Source: Squalus acanthias
Lineage: Eukaryota
Reading direction: 5' to 3'
Length of the DNA stretch: 64,000 nucleotides
Assembly (NCBI GenBank): GCA_030390025.1
Contig: CM059431.1
Span: forward strand, 128,466,001 to 128,530,000
In this document: piece by piece, positions 12,592 to 24,683 of the stretch
Position numbering within the stretch: position 1 is the stretch's first letter
Layout of the letters: every line of letters begins with the position of its first letter
Position numbers and translations under genes: made by a program
The notes under the pieces: model-generated
Database searches by the model: none
What the model saw: the letters and a program-made list of their open reading frames with translations, nothing else
What the model was told of the DNA's origin: nothing

Positions 12592-12902
12592 GCCCCTGCT
12601 GTGGAAATGGCTTCTGCCATTGAGAACAGCATGAATGAACCCAACACGCAACCCCTAAGCCGGCCAAGGCACCAATGATTCCAAACACCAAACATGTATA
12701 TTTTGAGTACCAAAACTTATTTATTTTACAAACTCTGTGTGTGTCATTTCTTCATGACAAACTCATACAAATAAACACAAAAAAACAGTAATTACCATAA
12801 CTGGTTCTCACAACCTGGAGATCATGTGCAAAACACTCAACAAAAGTTTGACCACGAACCTCGGCCTTTAATAAAAAAATGACCAGCATTTTGTCACACC
12901 TC

Positions 12903-14746
12903 CTACATCGAGGGTGAACTCCTTCCCGTGCGCCTTTCCCCCCTTCTTACCCTACTGCTCCTCCGCAATGGGACCTCAGTGGCTGCAGCAAGGCTGGTGG
13001 AAGGCTGCTGACTGTCAGGCCCTGACAATGCAGATGCCCTTGAGGGACGGCCTCGACCAGTTCTGGGCCTGGAGGGCCCGGCTGCAGACTGCACCAACTC
13101 TGCATGGGCGGCAGCAGTCTGTCCTACAGGTGGTGGCAACTGCAGTGGAGAAGTGACAGTGGTGGCAGCAGGAATGCTGTCATCTTGAGCGAGGACAGCA
13201 ACTCCCTGCTCGACCGGCACACTGGCACTCCCACGGGGCAGCACCTCAGCATCCGGAGCAATCTGCTGGAGCACAGATTGCTGGCCTGCTGCGGCACGGT
13301 GAGAGCCCCGGGGAAATGTGAACGAACCAGCGAGGATGGTAGCAGACAGTGCTCGCGTGACCTCAATCTGAGTCTGCATGAGAGCAGTCTGAGATTGAAT
13401 TGCAGCACTGAGCTTCAGTGTCGCATCCGCCTGCGTTGCTGCGAAGTGCTCCACACTCCTTGCCAGTGCTTCAATGCATTCGGGCACCCTACCCACTGCA
13501 GCCATGAGCTCAGTGTGCATGCCCACCGCCTGGGTGTTCATTTCCGCGATCAGCCGCTCCTCCTCTGCGTCCAGTGCAGCAGGACTCGCTGGCATACTCT
13601 CCCTCCGGGGAGAAGGCCCCCGAGCTTCCCTACCCCCATCGCGTTGCTGCAGCCCGCTGGGTCCTGGAGCTTCACCCTCATCAGACCCTTCCCCCCTGCT
13701 CCCCTCCAGGGAAGGCGTGTTCCCAGTGTCGGCATGGGCTTCCTCGGGAGAGGGTGGCACTGATGCTCCGGCTTCCTCTTCCTCCTCGGCTGCAGCTTCA
13801 CTCCCACTGGCAGCTTCAGGGCCCGTCTCCTCAGCTGGTGAATCACCATCTGAAAGCAGGGAGGTACAAGAGTGGCTTTAGCGTGAGGACAGGGTGGCAG
13901 TAAGGGAGGAATAAGTGCAGCGAGTTAGTAAGTTGGATTGAAAGTGTCAAAGGCTGGTGTTGTGAGGGACAAGTGGAAGGACAGAGGACAAAAAGGTGAT
14001 GACCTTACCATTGCTGTCCAGAACGGGGTCGGCGTCTCCAGTGGTGACGGGACCGATCACTCGGCTTGCCACAATCCTGTGGACGCGCTCCTCAAGATCG
14101 CTGAGGGGTTGCAGCTGAGGCCGCCCTCCACCCGTCCGTTGCTGCTGTCTCCTATTATGCGCCAGCTTGGCCTGCAAGAAAAAGGACGGCGTCTGAGTAA
14201 ATATACAGCCATGGTCTTGCCTGATGTGCCTCCCATAGGTGAATAGCCCTTACTGTATACAGCCATGGTCTTGCCTGATGTGCCTCCCATAGGTGAATAG
14301 CCCTTACTGTATACAGCCATGGTCTTGCCTGATGTGCCTCCCATAGGTGAATAGCCCTTACTGTATGCAAAGTATGGAATGTGTGTGTGTGCTTCATGAA
14401 AGGGCCATAGGTGTTGGATGAGTGTTGTGCATTGGGGTTTTAAGACCCTCTGGCCATAGAGTGAGCTTGAGATGGAGGGATGGAGAGGTATTGCAAAAAA
14501 GCCACTTACCCTGACGACCCGAGTGAGGTCGTTGAACTTTTTCCGGCATTGGACATGGGTCCTGGGCACCATGCTCCTGGAGGAGACGCGCTGAGCCACC
14601 TCCCTCCACACTCTTCTGTAGTCGCGCGGCAAAGGCCTCCTGCCACTCTCTGGGTACAGTATTGGTCTTCGGCGCTCCACCGCGCCAACCAGAGCATCCA
14701 AGGCCCGCTCGGTGAAGCGCTCAGCTCGTTCTCTCACCCTCTCCAT
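12903..14746 (-). CDS. Harbinger Myb/SANT-like DNA-binding protein, 3 exons (14746-14510, 14171-14009, 13849-12903), 448 aa
   Basis: RFTERALDALV...W..VA..V...RT..QCRKKFNDL, then TGGG; canonical GT-AG sites join the exons in frame (237+163+947 nt). Confidence 0.82.
14203..14366. repeat. 54-bp tandem repeat x3 in intron 1 of the Myb-like gene
   Basis: ATACAGCCATGGTCTTGCCTGATGTGCCTCCCATAGGTGAATAGCCCTTACTGT at 14203, 14257 and 14311. Confidence 0.95.
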
Positions 14747-15167
14747 CCTTGGCTGGAAAATGGATTCACAGGTCTCTCCAGGCCGAGATTCAAGGCTGCA
14801 ATGAGCAGGGTGTGGCTGGGGAGCAAGATCGCCCCCCCACTTTAAGAACTGGCCGGCGCCAGTGTGTCTGTGTTCCCTCGCTAACTGGCAGCACCTTCGC
14901 TGCGCTCGCGCTCTGAGTTAGCGCCTCACTCCTCGGCCTTTGCGCCTTAAGACAGGTGTGCAGCGCCTGATTTAGCACTCCAATTACCTCCCGGGGCGTT
15001 AAAAGTGAAGTTTCCAGTCAGTGGCGATAATTAGCGCCAGGAGCTAATTTTTGTGCCCGGACGATATTTGCGCCCCAGACGGGGCGCGACTGAATTTTTC
15101 CCCCCTATAAACTTAAACTTATCCTAAACTTAACTGTACTGCGCCGCCCGTTCCCTGGGCGGCCTAG

Positions 15168-18100
15168 CTAAATTCTGCGAAGTCTGCCACGAGCTTTTCC
15201 CAGTGGCAGGGGGGCACTGACCTCTTCCTTTGATCTGCCGCAGCCTGTCGCCGCTTCGCTGGGACTGGGATCTCCCTGGGCTGCCTTGAACTTATGCCTG
15301 GGGGTGTGCAAGGGATTTGGCCACAACTTCCTGGGCTGGGGTGTCCGACTTGACCTACGGAGGGCTACCTTGGGCAAGATTTCCAGGGCCGACGGATCGG
15401 GAACCGAGACTTCCACTGTCACGGCCTGTGGTCCCACCACAGCCGCCGGCTCCGTCTCTCCTGGCTCCGCCCCCCTGAACTCGGGATTTGCAGTTTCTGA
15501 CTCCACCCTACTTGTCTCTCCAGTATGTGGACCTCCACTCGCAATCCCTATCTCCCCTATGGGCAAGACTTCCAGGACCGACGGACCGGGCACCGAGACT
15601 TCCACCGTCACGGCCTGTGGTCCCACCACAGCCGCCGGCTCCGTCTCCCCTGGTTCCGCCCCCCTGGGCTCGGGATCTGCAGTTTCCGACTCCACCCTGT
15701 GTGGAACTCCACTCGCAGTCCCTATCTCCCCTAAGCTTGGGTCGAGGGCGAAACCTTCGTCCTCCGACCCCACCACCTCTCCGACCGGGTCACTACCTTG
15801 GTCGAGCTCTCCGAGCTCTTCCTCATCTGAATCCCAACCCCAAGAAAAGATCCTACACTTTTCCAGAATGTCCTCTCCCCTCAAGCAGGCTGCTTTACCG
15901 GTCTGTGTGCCCTGCGGTTCTACCCGGGGCTGAGAGTCCCCACTCGCAGGTTTGGCCCCTGTGATTGGCCCCTGTGCACCCGGTTTATACAGCTTGCACT
16001 GGTTAATGTGGAACCATTTTGTGCGCCGGGGTACCTTCACGGCGTACACCATGGGACTCGCCTTATCTACAATACTGTAGGGTCCCATATACAGCGGTTC
16101 CAAACTCCCTACTCTGGCATAGTTCCTAACCATGACCTGATCTCTGACTTCCCACTCCTGCTTCTTACGGGGTTCCAACAACAGGCGATTGTCCTGGTGC
16201 TGTCTTCCCATGTTCCCAGCCGCCTGCTCGTAAACCTGCTTCAGGCGTTCCAAGAGGGTCTGGACAAACTTGTCCCTTTTCACCTCTTGGAGCTTATCCT
16301 CAGTGAGCACCGGGGCTAGTACATGGGTGGGGGTTCGCATGATCCTCCCAGTCATCACCTCGTACGGGGAATACCCCGTACTCTTCGACTGGCTAGCCCG
16401 GATCCCCATGAGGACCTCCGCCCATTTTTGGGGCGAGTTCATAGTCTCTTTCCTCAGTTTCTCCTTGAGGGTCCGGTTCATGCGTTCAACAATCCCTGAT
16501 GACTGGGGATTGTGCGCTACGTGCCACTTCCCTTCAATGCCCAAAAGCATGAGGGTGTTCTGCATCACCTGGCCAGTGAAATGACTCCCTTGGTCTGACT
16601 CCACGAAACGGGGGAGTCCCCACCGCGAGAACACTTCCCGGACCAAGATCTTGGCAGTACCCAGCGCCGTAGCTGTTCTACAGGGGAAGGCTTCTACCCA
16701 TTTGGAAAACACATCCACCAAGACGAGGCAGTATTTGTAGCCTCCCTGGGTGGTGGGCAGGGGCCCTATGTAATCGATCTGTATCGACTGCCATGGTCCC
16801 TCCACCCTCCTGATGTGTCCCATGTGCACTTTCCTTTTCTGGGGGTCTGGGTTGTTTGCAGCGCACACAAGACAGCTTGCACAGAACTCGCGGACCTGCT
16901 CCCTGAGTCCCGGCCACCATCCCGCCTGCTCTACCCGTTGCCAGGTAACCTCAGGCCCGGGGTGTCCTGCCCCCGGCCCCTCATGAGCCAACTGGAGGAA
17001 CTCCCTCCTGTGCTGCTGCGGCACAACTCACTGTTCCTCGCGGAACAGCATGCCTTCTTTAACGGAGAGGGTTGCCGTACTGTACGGGCCCTCTACCTGC
17101 TTGCCCTCAGTAATCGTTCTGAGAACTGCTTTTAGGGCGGGATCCTGGTTCTGGACGGTCTTAAGGTCTAGGGGCAGTGCTACCCTGGTGTTCCCGGGAT
17201 TCCCTTCCCTGCCTTGGATCGCTGCCACGGGTCCGGGTCCATAGGGGTCCCAGAAAATGCCGTTACGGGCACCCTCCCTGGCTAGCGCATCCGCCTGCTG
17301 GTTGCCCTCCCCGCGGGGTTCTGTGGAGGAGTGAGCTTTCACCTTATGGATGAAAATCTCTCCTTCCTCCCCTACTGCTGCTGCTAAGATCTTTTCCAGC
17401 AAGGGCTTCACCGTTAAAGGTCGCCCGTCCGCGGAGGTGTATCCGCGGCGGGACCAAATGGCCAGGTATTCCGTACACGAATTGCACGTAAACATACTGT
17501 CCGAACAAATCGTGTATGGGGTTGGGAAGATCTCTGGGTGGGTAACTACATACGCCACCGCAGACAGCTCAGCCTGCTGCGCGCTCATCGTGCTGGGGAG
17601 TTTAATTGCCAGGGCAAGGTCTGCCGCAGGGTCATAAACTCCACACCCTGTGAGTCGTTCGCCAGCGGACACTGTGCTGGAACCATCAACATAAATCTCG
17701 CGACCTGTGGGCTGTATCCCGGCCCGCAAACCTATGTTGACCTCCCACACCCCTTCCACCGAACACCGGTGGGCTGTTCCGGGGTACACCAGGTTGGCCG
17801 TGAGCTTGGGCTCGCAAAGACCTTTAACTCTAAGATCCATCTGGGAGAGGAGAAGGGTCCAGCGCGCAATACGAGCGCTGCTTACGGTCCCATCCTTAAT
17901 CCTCCCATCCAGAAGCATCTTGGTTGTCGTGTGATGGGTGAGGAGAGTGATGGGAGAGAGCCCTGTGAAGATCGCTGATCTTTTCACAGCCCAATGCGTG
18001 GCTAAAAGATGTCTTTCGCAGCTGGAAAAACTACTCTCCACATCCGTTAACACCCTGGATGAATAGACAACCGGCCTCAGCTTGCCGTGACGCTCTTGGA

Positions 18101-19751
18101 GCAGCACAGCGCTCAAGCTGTCCCCGCTGGCAGCTACCTCCAGGAAAAACTCCTTCCCCCCATCTATGGCCCCTAAAGCTGGCGCGGTCTGCAGATCCCT
18201 TTTTAACTTCTCGAATGCTGCCTGACAACCCTCGTCCCAAGACCACTCCACTCCCTTATGGAGGAGTCGGAGCAGCGGAGCTGCTGTGGCCGCATAGTCC
18301 TCGATGAAGTCTCTACAGTAACCGGTCAGTCCCAGAAAGGACCTCACACCCGTTATGGTGTTGGGAATCGGTAACTCCTGCACCGACTCCCTCCTAGCCT
18401 TATCTATGGCTCTTTCCCCAGCGCGAATGGTCAGACCCAGGAATTTTACTTCCTGCTGACCGATCGCTGTTTACTTAGGGTTAACTTTAAAACCCTTTCT
18501 CCCTAGCAGCTCCAATAACTCGGCTAACAGTGGTCCATGCTCCTCCCTTGAGTCCGTGAACAGGAGCAAATCATCCACGTACTGCACTATCTGATTGGGC
18601 TGACTAAACTCCTTTAAACTTCCTGCCATACACTGATGGAAAATACTGGGGCTGTTGTGGAAACCCTGTGGCAAACAGTTCCATGTGTACTGTTGTCCTT
18701 TGAAAGTAAAGGCAAACTTGTACTGGTCCTCTCGCCGCAGCGGGATGGACCAAAAACTGTTCGAGATATCCAGCACTGTGAACGTGGTCGCGGACGCTGG
18801 GATACTCCCTATTACGTCAGCAACTGCTGCTACTGTGGGCGCGCAGGCGGGGATGTTACTGTTAAGGACTCTGTAGTCCACCGTGGCCCTCCACTAATTA
18901 TCCGGGTTCACGTGTGTGGCTATCGGTCTCAACACGCCCTGCTGCACCAATGAGGACATTGCTGTCTCCATGTCGGGTTCTGCTTCTTTGGGGAAGTTAT
19001 ACTGCTATTGGGGCCGGGTCATGGGGTCCCCGTCTATGCTGACCTCAAACCCGGTAACCCTCCCACAATCGTGCTTGTGTGTTGCAAATGCGTGCATATT
19101 ATCTGACACGTACGCTTGCATGTCCGTTGGGACATCTGCGACCATAAGCTCGAGGTCGTATCCTCCGGATGGCTTCATGGTACACAGGGCCCCTTTACCT
19201 TCCTTCCCCGGGACTACAACTACCTTGCCTTTCCCACCCTTGGCTCCCCAGAGACAGTGATTCCTAAGGTCCACGAGGATCCCGTGTTCCGCTCGGAGAT
19301 CCGATCCGAGGATACCTCTGCCACCCCCCTCCTGCCATTTCATCAGTATGCACTTCCATGTGGTGTGGAGTGCTCCTAAATGAATGGAGAGCGGAATGGA
19401 GAACGCACCAGCCTGCTCTTTTCGAGTGAACCCCGCTAATGTGAATGGGACCTTGGTAGACAGTGGTGAGTCAAAGGGGCTATCCGTATGAATCACGGTG
19501 CATGAAGCTCCCGTGTCCAACAAATAACTACCCTTCTGCTTCTCTACCTCCATCTCAACCAGGGGTCTTTTCCACGCATCATAGCTGAGCGGACACAGGT
19601 AGACGGGCTGCACGGGCTCTAGCCATTGGGTACTGGTGGACGGGGTTGTGACATCTGTGGGGCCGGTAGCGACTGCCACCCTCCCTTGCGAAATCATAAG
19701 GGACCGCATAGCTCCCAACATTGATTCTATCGCATCGGGATGGATAGGCAC
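15168..19751 (-). pseudogene. pol: pro-pol (PR, RT, tether RH, RNase H, IN), single frame with four internal stops
   Basis: LLDTGAS; LPQGFHNSP and YVDD; YVDGSS, SAQQAEL, SDS, VKAH, GNQQADALA; HHCC, IDYIGP, SDQG, VERMNR, GPY; stops at ~19005, ~18895, ~18471 and ~17028. Confidence 0.93.
15370..15735 (-). repeat. Tandem duplication (~60 codons) in the integrase C-terminal extension
   Basis: GEIG.ASG.PH...RVESETA.PE.RGAEPGETEPAAVVGPQAVTVEVSVP occurs twice. Confidence 0.9.
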
Positions 19752-19798
19752 ACCAGCTCCTCTCTAAGGGTCTAAAACATTACTCTCCTGCTGACAAT

Positions 19799-19816
19799 GT
19801 CCTGCCGCGGTCGCCA
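19799..19816 (-). promoter_or_regulatory. Primer-binding site, tRNA-Ser-like
   Basis: TGGCGACCGCGGCAGGAC lies 5 nt after the 5' LTR; resembles the complement of vertebrate tRNA-Ser 3' ends (TGGCG.....GGCAGGA), imperfect. Confidence 0.65.
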
Positions 19817-19821
19817 TTTTC

Positions 19822-22174
19822 TGTAAGGGTTGCGTGTCTCAGACGGTGCTGGTGCGAGGTTAGGCGTTCGTTGCCTAATACTATTGCTTGCTCTGGTCTC
19901 CGGCCAGCCTTATTGCAATAAGCACCTGTGAGTGGTTCGACCCACTCGCCCTTACGGTTCTAACACTGGACTTAGGTGCAGGGAGCAGTAATTGCAGAGA
20001 AAACTCAAATAGACCCGGTTGAATAGTACGAAATGGAAATCTTTATTGCATAGCGTCCAAAATCATGAAGTACATGTCATAGGCGCAAATTAACGAGAGT
20101 ACAAGTATACATACATTCATAAAGCTTGGTCTATGGAAATGAAGAACACACGGCACATCGTAGAAAGGGGAACACATTGGGCCGAAAATTGATCCCGGGA
20201 CGCGAGAGTACGCACTGCGTACTCTCGCGTATTCCCACTCCAATTGCCGGTTTTCTGCATGCCCTGCGCATGCGCTGAAAACCGGCAATTGCTCTTCTGA
20301 AAAGGGGGCGGGTCCTCGGTGCATCGCGTGCGCGCTACAGGCTGCGCGCACGCTGTGCACTTCATACTTTGGATGCGCAGGTAAGTACTGAAGATTTTGG
20401 AAATGTAAAAAGGAGGAGTAAGACCCACTTTTAAGAAGGTAAGTAGTGAATTAAGTATTTTTTGAATTTTTTTTAACAGGTATATCTTTTTTAGAGACTT
20501 TAAAGACAGGTAAGTTTATTTTTATAACTTTTTAAAAGATTTTTAATTTTTTCAAAAATTTAATTTTTTATTTAAAATGGTTAATTTAATTAACTATACT
20601 TATTTTATAAATGTGATGGTTTTTTTTTTAATTTAATTGAGGTTTAGCTGTTATTTTGGGGGGGTGTAAGATTCATAGATTTCACAGCAGGTCTGTGAAA
20701 CTTATGAATGGAAGATGGTGTGCTGCCATTGGCTCTAACTGAGTCACGTGATCCCACAGCTCGCACGAATTCACTACGCCGGTGGGATACGCAAGCACTG
20801 CACAGCAGCTGTCCAGAACATCAAGTTCGTGCGAGCTGGATCTGAAAAAGCACAAGCGAGGTGAGACATCGCGGGGAAGGCTTACCCCCGCGGGAACAGA
20901 GCGAGATCAATTTCTGGGCCATTATACCTTAACCTTAAAAACCACCCTCCCTTAACAATACCTACACTACGTCTAGATTTGTAGGATCGGAAAACATGCT
21001 CACCACTCGTGTTACTTCGGAGAATTTTAAAGTGAGGCACTCAGCTCGTTTCGCTGCAGCGCCTGACTGTCACGTGTTTGGAAGGGTCTCTGTACCCCAC
21101 TTGTTTATTTTCGCTGCTGCGACAAGCAGGCCAGACTCCCTGTTGTCATGAAGAACTCGACGGACCTCGGACACAGTTCAAAGAAGAGTCTTCCTGTGCT
21201 CGATACCGGTTGTCGGTAGATTTCAATGAAAAGTTCTTTATTTATATTTTCGGGCGCGGTCGGGGTTTACTGATCGTGGCGGCACGTGGATTCTTCTCCT
21301 TTTCTTCTCGTCTCGTCTCGTCTCTTTGGGCCTCCGGGTCCAGACACCGTTTACCGACACTCGGGATGGTGCACCCTGTTACTTGCCCTTGTCGGGGCGG
21401 CTCGTTCCGATTGAGCTCCACCCAACATTCGAATAACCGACCAGTACGGCTAAGAGTCAAGAGTCAACAAAGTCCAGAGAAAACACAAAAGTCCAGCCCT
21501 AAGAAAGAGCTTCAGCAAGGGTCCGCTGAGAGATAAGAGACCGATGGACATTTGTTCTCTATAGTTATAGTGCTGTGTTCCCTTATCTCCCGCTCAAATC
21601 TTAATGTTTGTCCTTTGTGTAATATTGGCGCTCAAAACTCCCAGCATGGGGCGATTCTTCTCTCTAACGGGTTTCGGTAGCACCTGAAACTGGCTAACTA
21701 TCCGTTAATGTTTTCCCCATTGTTGGTCCAGCCAGTAGTCTCCCTGACTGGTTTTGGAGCCTCCCCGAATACTGACTTAATCACCCGTCAATGTCTCTCT
21801 CATTGTAGAGCCGTGGGGGTATTTGTGTATTGATGTGTCTGGATGGGCCTTCGATTGCCCAGTACAATGATCCTTACTTGTGCATGGAAAATGATTCCAG
21901 CACTTATATCTTTGCTATTATTCCAAATGCAAACGGGTTGCATCCTGTCTTTATCAGTGTTTACCGAGTATGATCCAATCTTATATTGAATGTTTATTCG
22001 ACGCCATCTTGTCTGCCCACTGTATTTCTGGAAGCTTCTGCCACGATGCGCGGTGGCCATTTTACAGGCTTCTGTGTCCTTTATTTTCAGGACAGCATTT
22101 TGTTTAATAAAACTGATCAAACGAATCTGCTTCTCTTATGTTATTTCGAATCGCGATAATTGCGAAACTTTGCA
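19822..22174 (-). repeat. 5' LTR, containing a 742-bp MITE
   Basis: Collinear with 6371-7977 except for the insertion at 20179-20920. Confidence 0.95.
20179..20920. mobile_element. MITE (Harbinger-type) inserted in the 5' LTR
   Basis: TIRs GGGCCGAAAATTGATC / GATCAATTTCTGGGCC; TSD ATT; absent from the 3' LTR. Confidence 0.88.
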
Positions 22175-24683
22175 TTCACCAATCTTTTTCTCTTCACAAA
22201 TATATAGAAGCTTTTACAGTCAGTTTTTATGTTCCCTGCAAGCTTACTCTTATAATCTATTTTCCCCCTCTTAATTAATCCCTTTGTCCTCCTTTGCTGA
22301 ATCCTAAACTGCTCCCAATCCTCAGGTTTGCTGCTTTTTCTAGCTAAATTATATGTCCGCTCCTTAGATCTTATGCTGTCCCTAATTTCCCCTGTTATCC
22401 ACAGTTGAGTCACCTTTTTTGTTTTATTTTTATGCCAAACAGGGATGAACAAATTTTGTAGTTCATCCATGCGATCTTTAAATGTTTGCCATTGCCTATC
22501 CACCGTCAACCCTTTAAGTAATGTTCCCCAATCCATCCTAGCCAATTCGTTCCTCATACCATCGTAGTTTCCTTTGTATAAATTCAGGACCCTAGTCTCT
22601 GAGTCAACTACTTCACTCTCCATTTTAATGAAGAATTCTATCATATTATAATCGCTCCTCCCCAAGGGGCCTCGCACAATAAGATTGCTAATTAATCCTT
22701 TCTCATTACATAATACCCAGTCTAAGATGGCCTGATCTCTAGTTGGTTCCTCGACATATTGGTCCAGGAAACCATCCCGTATACACTCTAGAAATTCCTC
22801 CTCCACAGTATTGTTACTAATTTAGTTAGCCCAATCAATCTGTAGATTAAAGTCACCCATGATAACTGCTGTGCCCTTATTGCACGTGTCTCTAATTTCC
22901 CATTTAATGCCATCCCCAACCTCAGCATTACTGTTTGGGTGTCTGTATACAACTCCCACTAACGTTTTCTGCCCCTTGGTATTTCTCAGCTCTGCCCATA
23001 CAGATTCCACATCATCAGAACTAATATCCTTCCTTACTATTGTGTTAATCTCCTCTTTAACCAGCAATGCTACCCCACCTCCTTTTCCATTTTTCCTGTC
23101 CTTCCTGAATATTGAATACTCCTGGATGTTGAATTCCCAGACTTGTTCCTCCTGGAGCCATGTCTCCGTAATCCCAATTATATCATATTCGTTTACATCT
23201 ATTTGTGAAGCTAATTCATTCACCTTATTACGAATGCTCCTCGTATTAAGACACAAAGCCTTCAGGCTTGATTTTTTTAACACTCTTAGTCCTTTTAGAA
23301 TTATTTTGCCAGAAATTCGGGTCTCCACGGGTGAGTACGCGTTGGGTACTCACCCTAAGACCCAACGAAAGTGCCAGTTTCACGCATGCACTGCGCATGC
23401 GCTGGAAAACGGAACTTCCATTCCCCTGAAGGAAGGGGTTCAGAGGTTGAATGCGTGCGCAGGAGAGACAGCATGCACGCAGCGAACTTTTTTTTTTCAG
23501 GTTTCCCCGTGAGGGTAAGTACAGAGAAGCTGCGCGGCGAAAAAGGTGGCGCAAGGCCTGCTTTTAACAAGGTAAGTGGTGAATTAAGTACAATTTAAAC
23601 ATTTTTTCAAACAGGTTTATCTTTTTTACATACTTTAAAGAAAGGTAAGTTTATTTTTAGCACCGTTAAAAAGTGTAATAAATTTTTTGTTTAAAGTAGT
23701 TAATTTATGTAATTTATAGTTATTTTAAAAATGTGATTTTTTAAAAAATGTATTTGAAATTTTAGTAAGGGTTTGGGTCCGATCTGTATTCATAGATTTG
23801 ACAGGTCTTCCTGTCAAAATCTATGGATGAAGATTCCCTGCTCCGATTGGCTCTCCATGGCCCACATGATCCCAGGGGATGCTTCGAACTAACTGCGCCC
23901 CTAGATATGCAAGCACTGCGCGTCGGCAGCTGCAGGAGGCCCAGGAGCCGAATTCCACGTGGGCCCGAAGCACAATGGCAGGCGCGGTATATAAGTAAGC
24001 GTGTGATTCTTGCACCTGCGTGAAGCCGGGGAGCCGAATTTCTGGCCCATTATTTACTGTGGCTCTGTTTGATTTACACCCTTGATTCTCTGCCTTCCAC
24101 TTTTGCTTTTCTCCTTCTGTCTTTTGTTTCTATCTAGCTTCCCTTTCCTCTGTCTCCCTGCACAGGTTCCCAACCCCCTGCCACTTTAGTTTAAACCCTC
24201 CCCAACAGCACTAGCAAACACTCCCCCTAGGACATCTGTTCCAGTCCTGCCCAGGTGCAAACTGTCCAGTTTGTACTGGTCCCACCTCCCGCAGAACCGG
24301 TTCCAATGTCCCAGGAATTTGAATCCCTCCCCCTTGCACCATTCCTCTAGCCACGTATTCATCTGAAATATCCTTCTATTTCTACTCTGACTAGCATGTG
24401 GCACTGGTAGCAATCCTGAGATTACTACCTTTGAGGTCCTATTTTTTAAATTTACCTCCTAACTCCCTATATTCAGCTTTTAGGACCTCATCTCGTTTTC
24501 TACCTATGTTGTTGATACCGATATGGACCACGACCTCTGGCTGTTCACCCTCCCCCCTCAGAATGTTCTGCAGCCCCTCAGTGACATCCTTGACCCTGGC
24601 ACCAGGGTGGCAACATACCATCCTGGTATCACATCTTCGGCTGCAGAAACGCCTGTCTGTTCCCCTAACTATTGAATTCACTA
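22175..24683 (-). mobile_element. CR1 LINE, 5' half (ORF1 esterase, APE endonuclease)
   Basis: IIGITETW, IMGDFN, ILDWVL; ORF1 SGNH-esterase-like HIGINNIG and DSLHL; joins 6370 across the provirus. Confidence 0.9.
23306..24048. mobile_element. MITE related to 20179-20920
   Basis: TIRs GCCAGAAATTCGG / CCGAATTTCTGGCCC; flanked by ATT; same size (~743 bp) and internal layout. Confidence 0.82.

Larger units (their letters stand above)
10922..15105. mobile_element. Harbinger/PIF DNA transposon, full two-gene structure
   Basis: TIRs GGGGGAAAAATTCAGT / ACTGAATTTTTCCCCCC; 3-bp TSD (TAT, or CTA in an alternative register); convergent transposase and Myb/SANT-like genes. Confidence 0.93.
6371..22174 (-). 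mobile_element. Endogenous retrovirus-like provirus (lokiretrovirus-like), gag-less, with nested insertions
   Basis: Two near-identical TG...CA LTRs; 4-bp TSD TTCA (6367-6370 and 22175-22178); PBS, PPT, pro-pol and env all on the minus strand. Confidence 0.92.

Noticed and set aside
11761..12651. 296-aa antisense ORF, and similar ones such as 15286-15933 and 13104-13763
   Set aside because: Shadows of GC-rich coding strands
14203..14366. CRISPR-like or protein-repeat reading of the 54-bp array
   Set aside because: No spacers, eukaryotic context, and it falls inside a predicted intron
8534..19007. Programmed readthrough or APOBEC hypermutation as the cause of the stops
   Set aside because: Stops are of mixed types and fall inside domains; too few to show a signature, so neutral decay suffices
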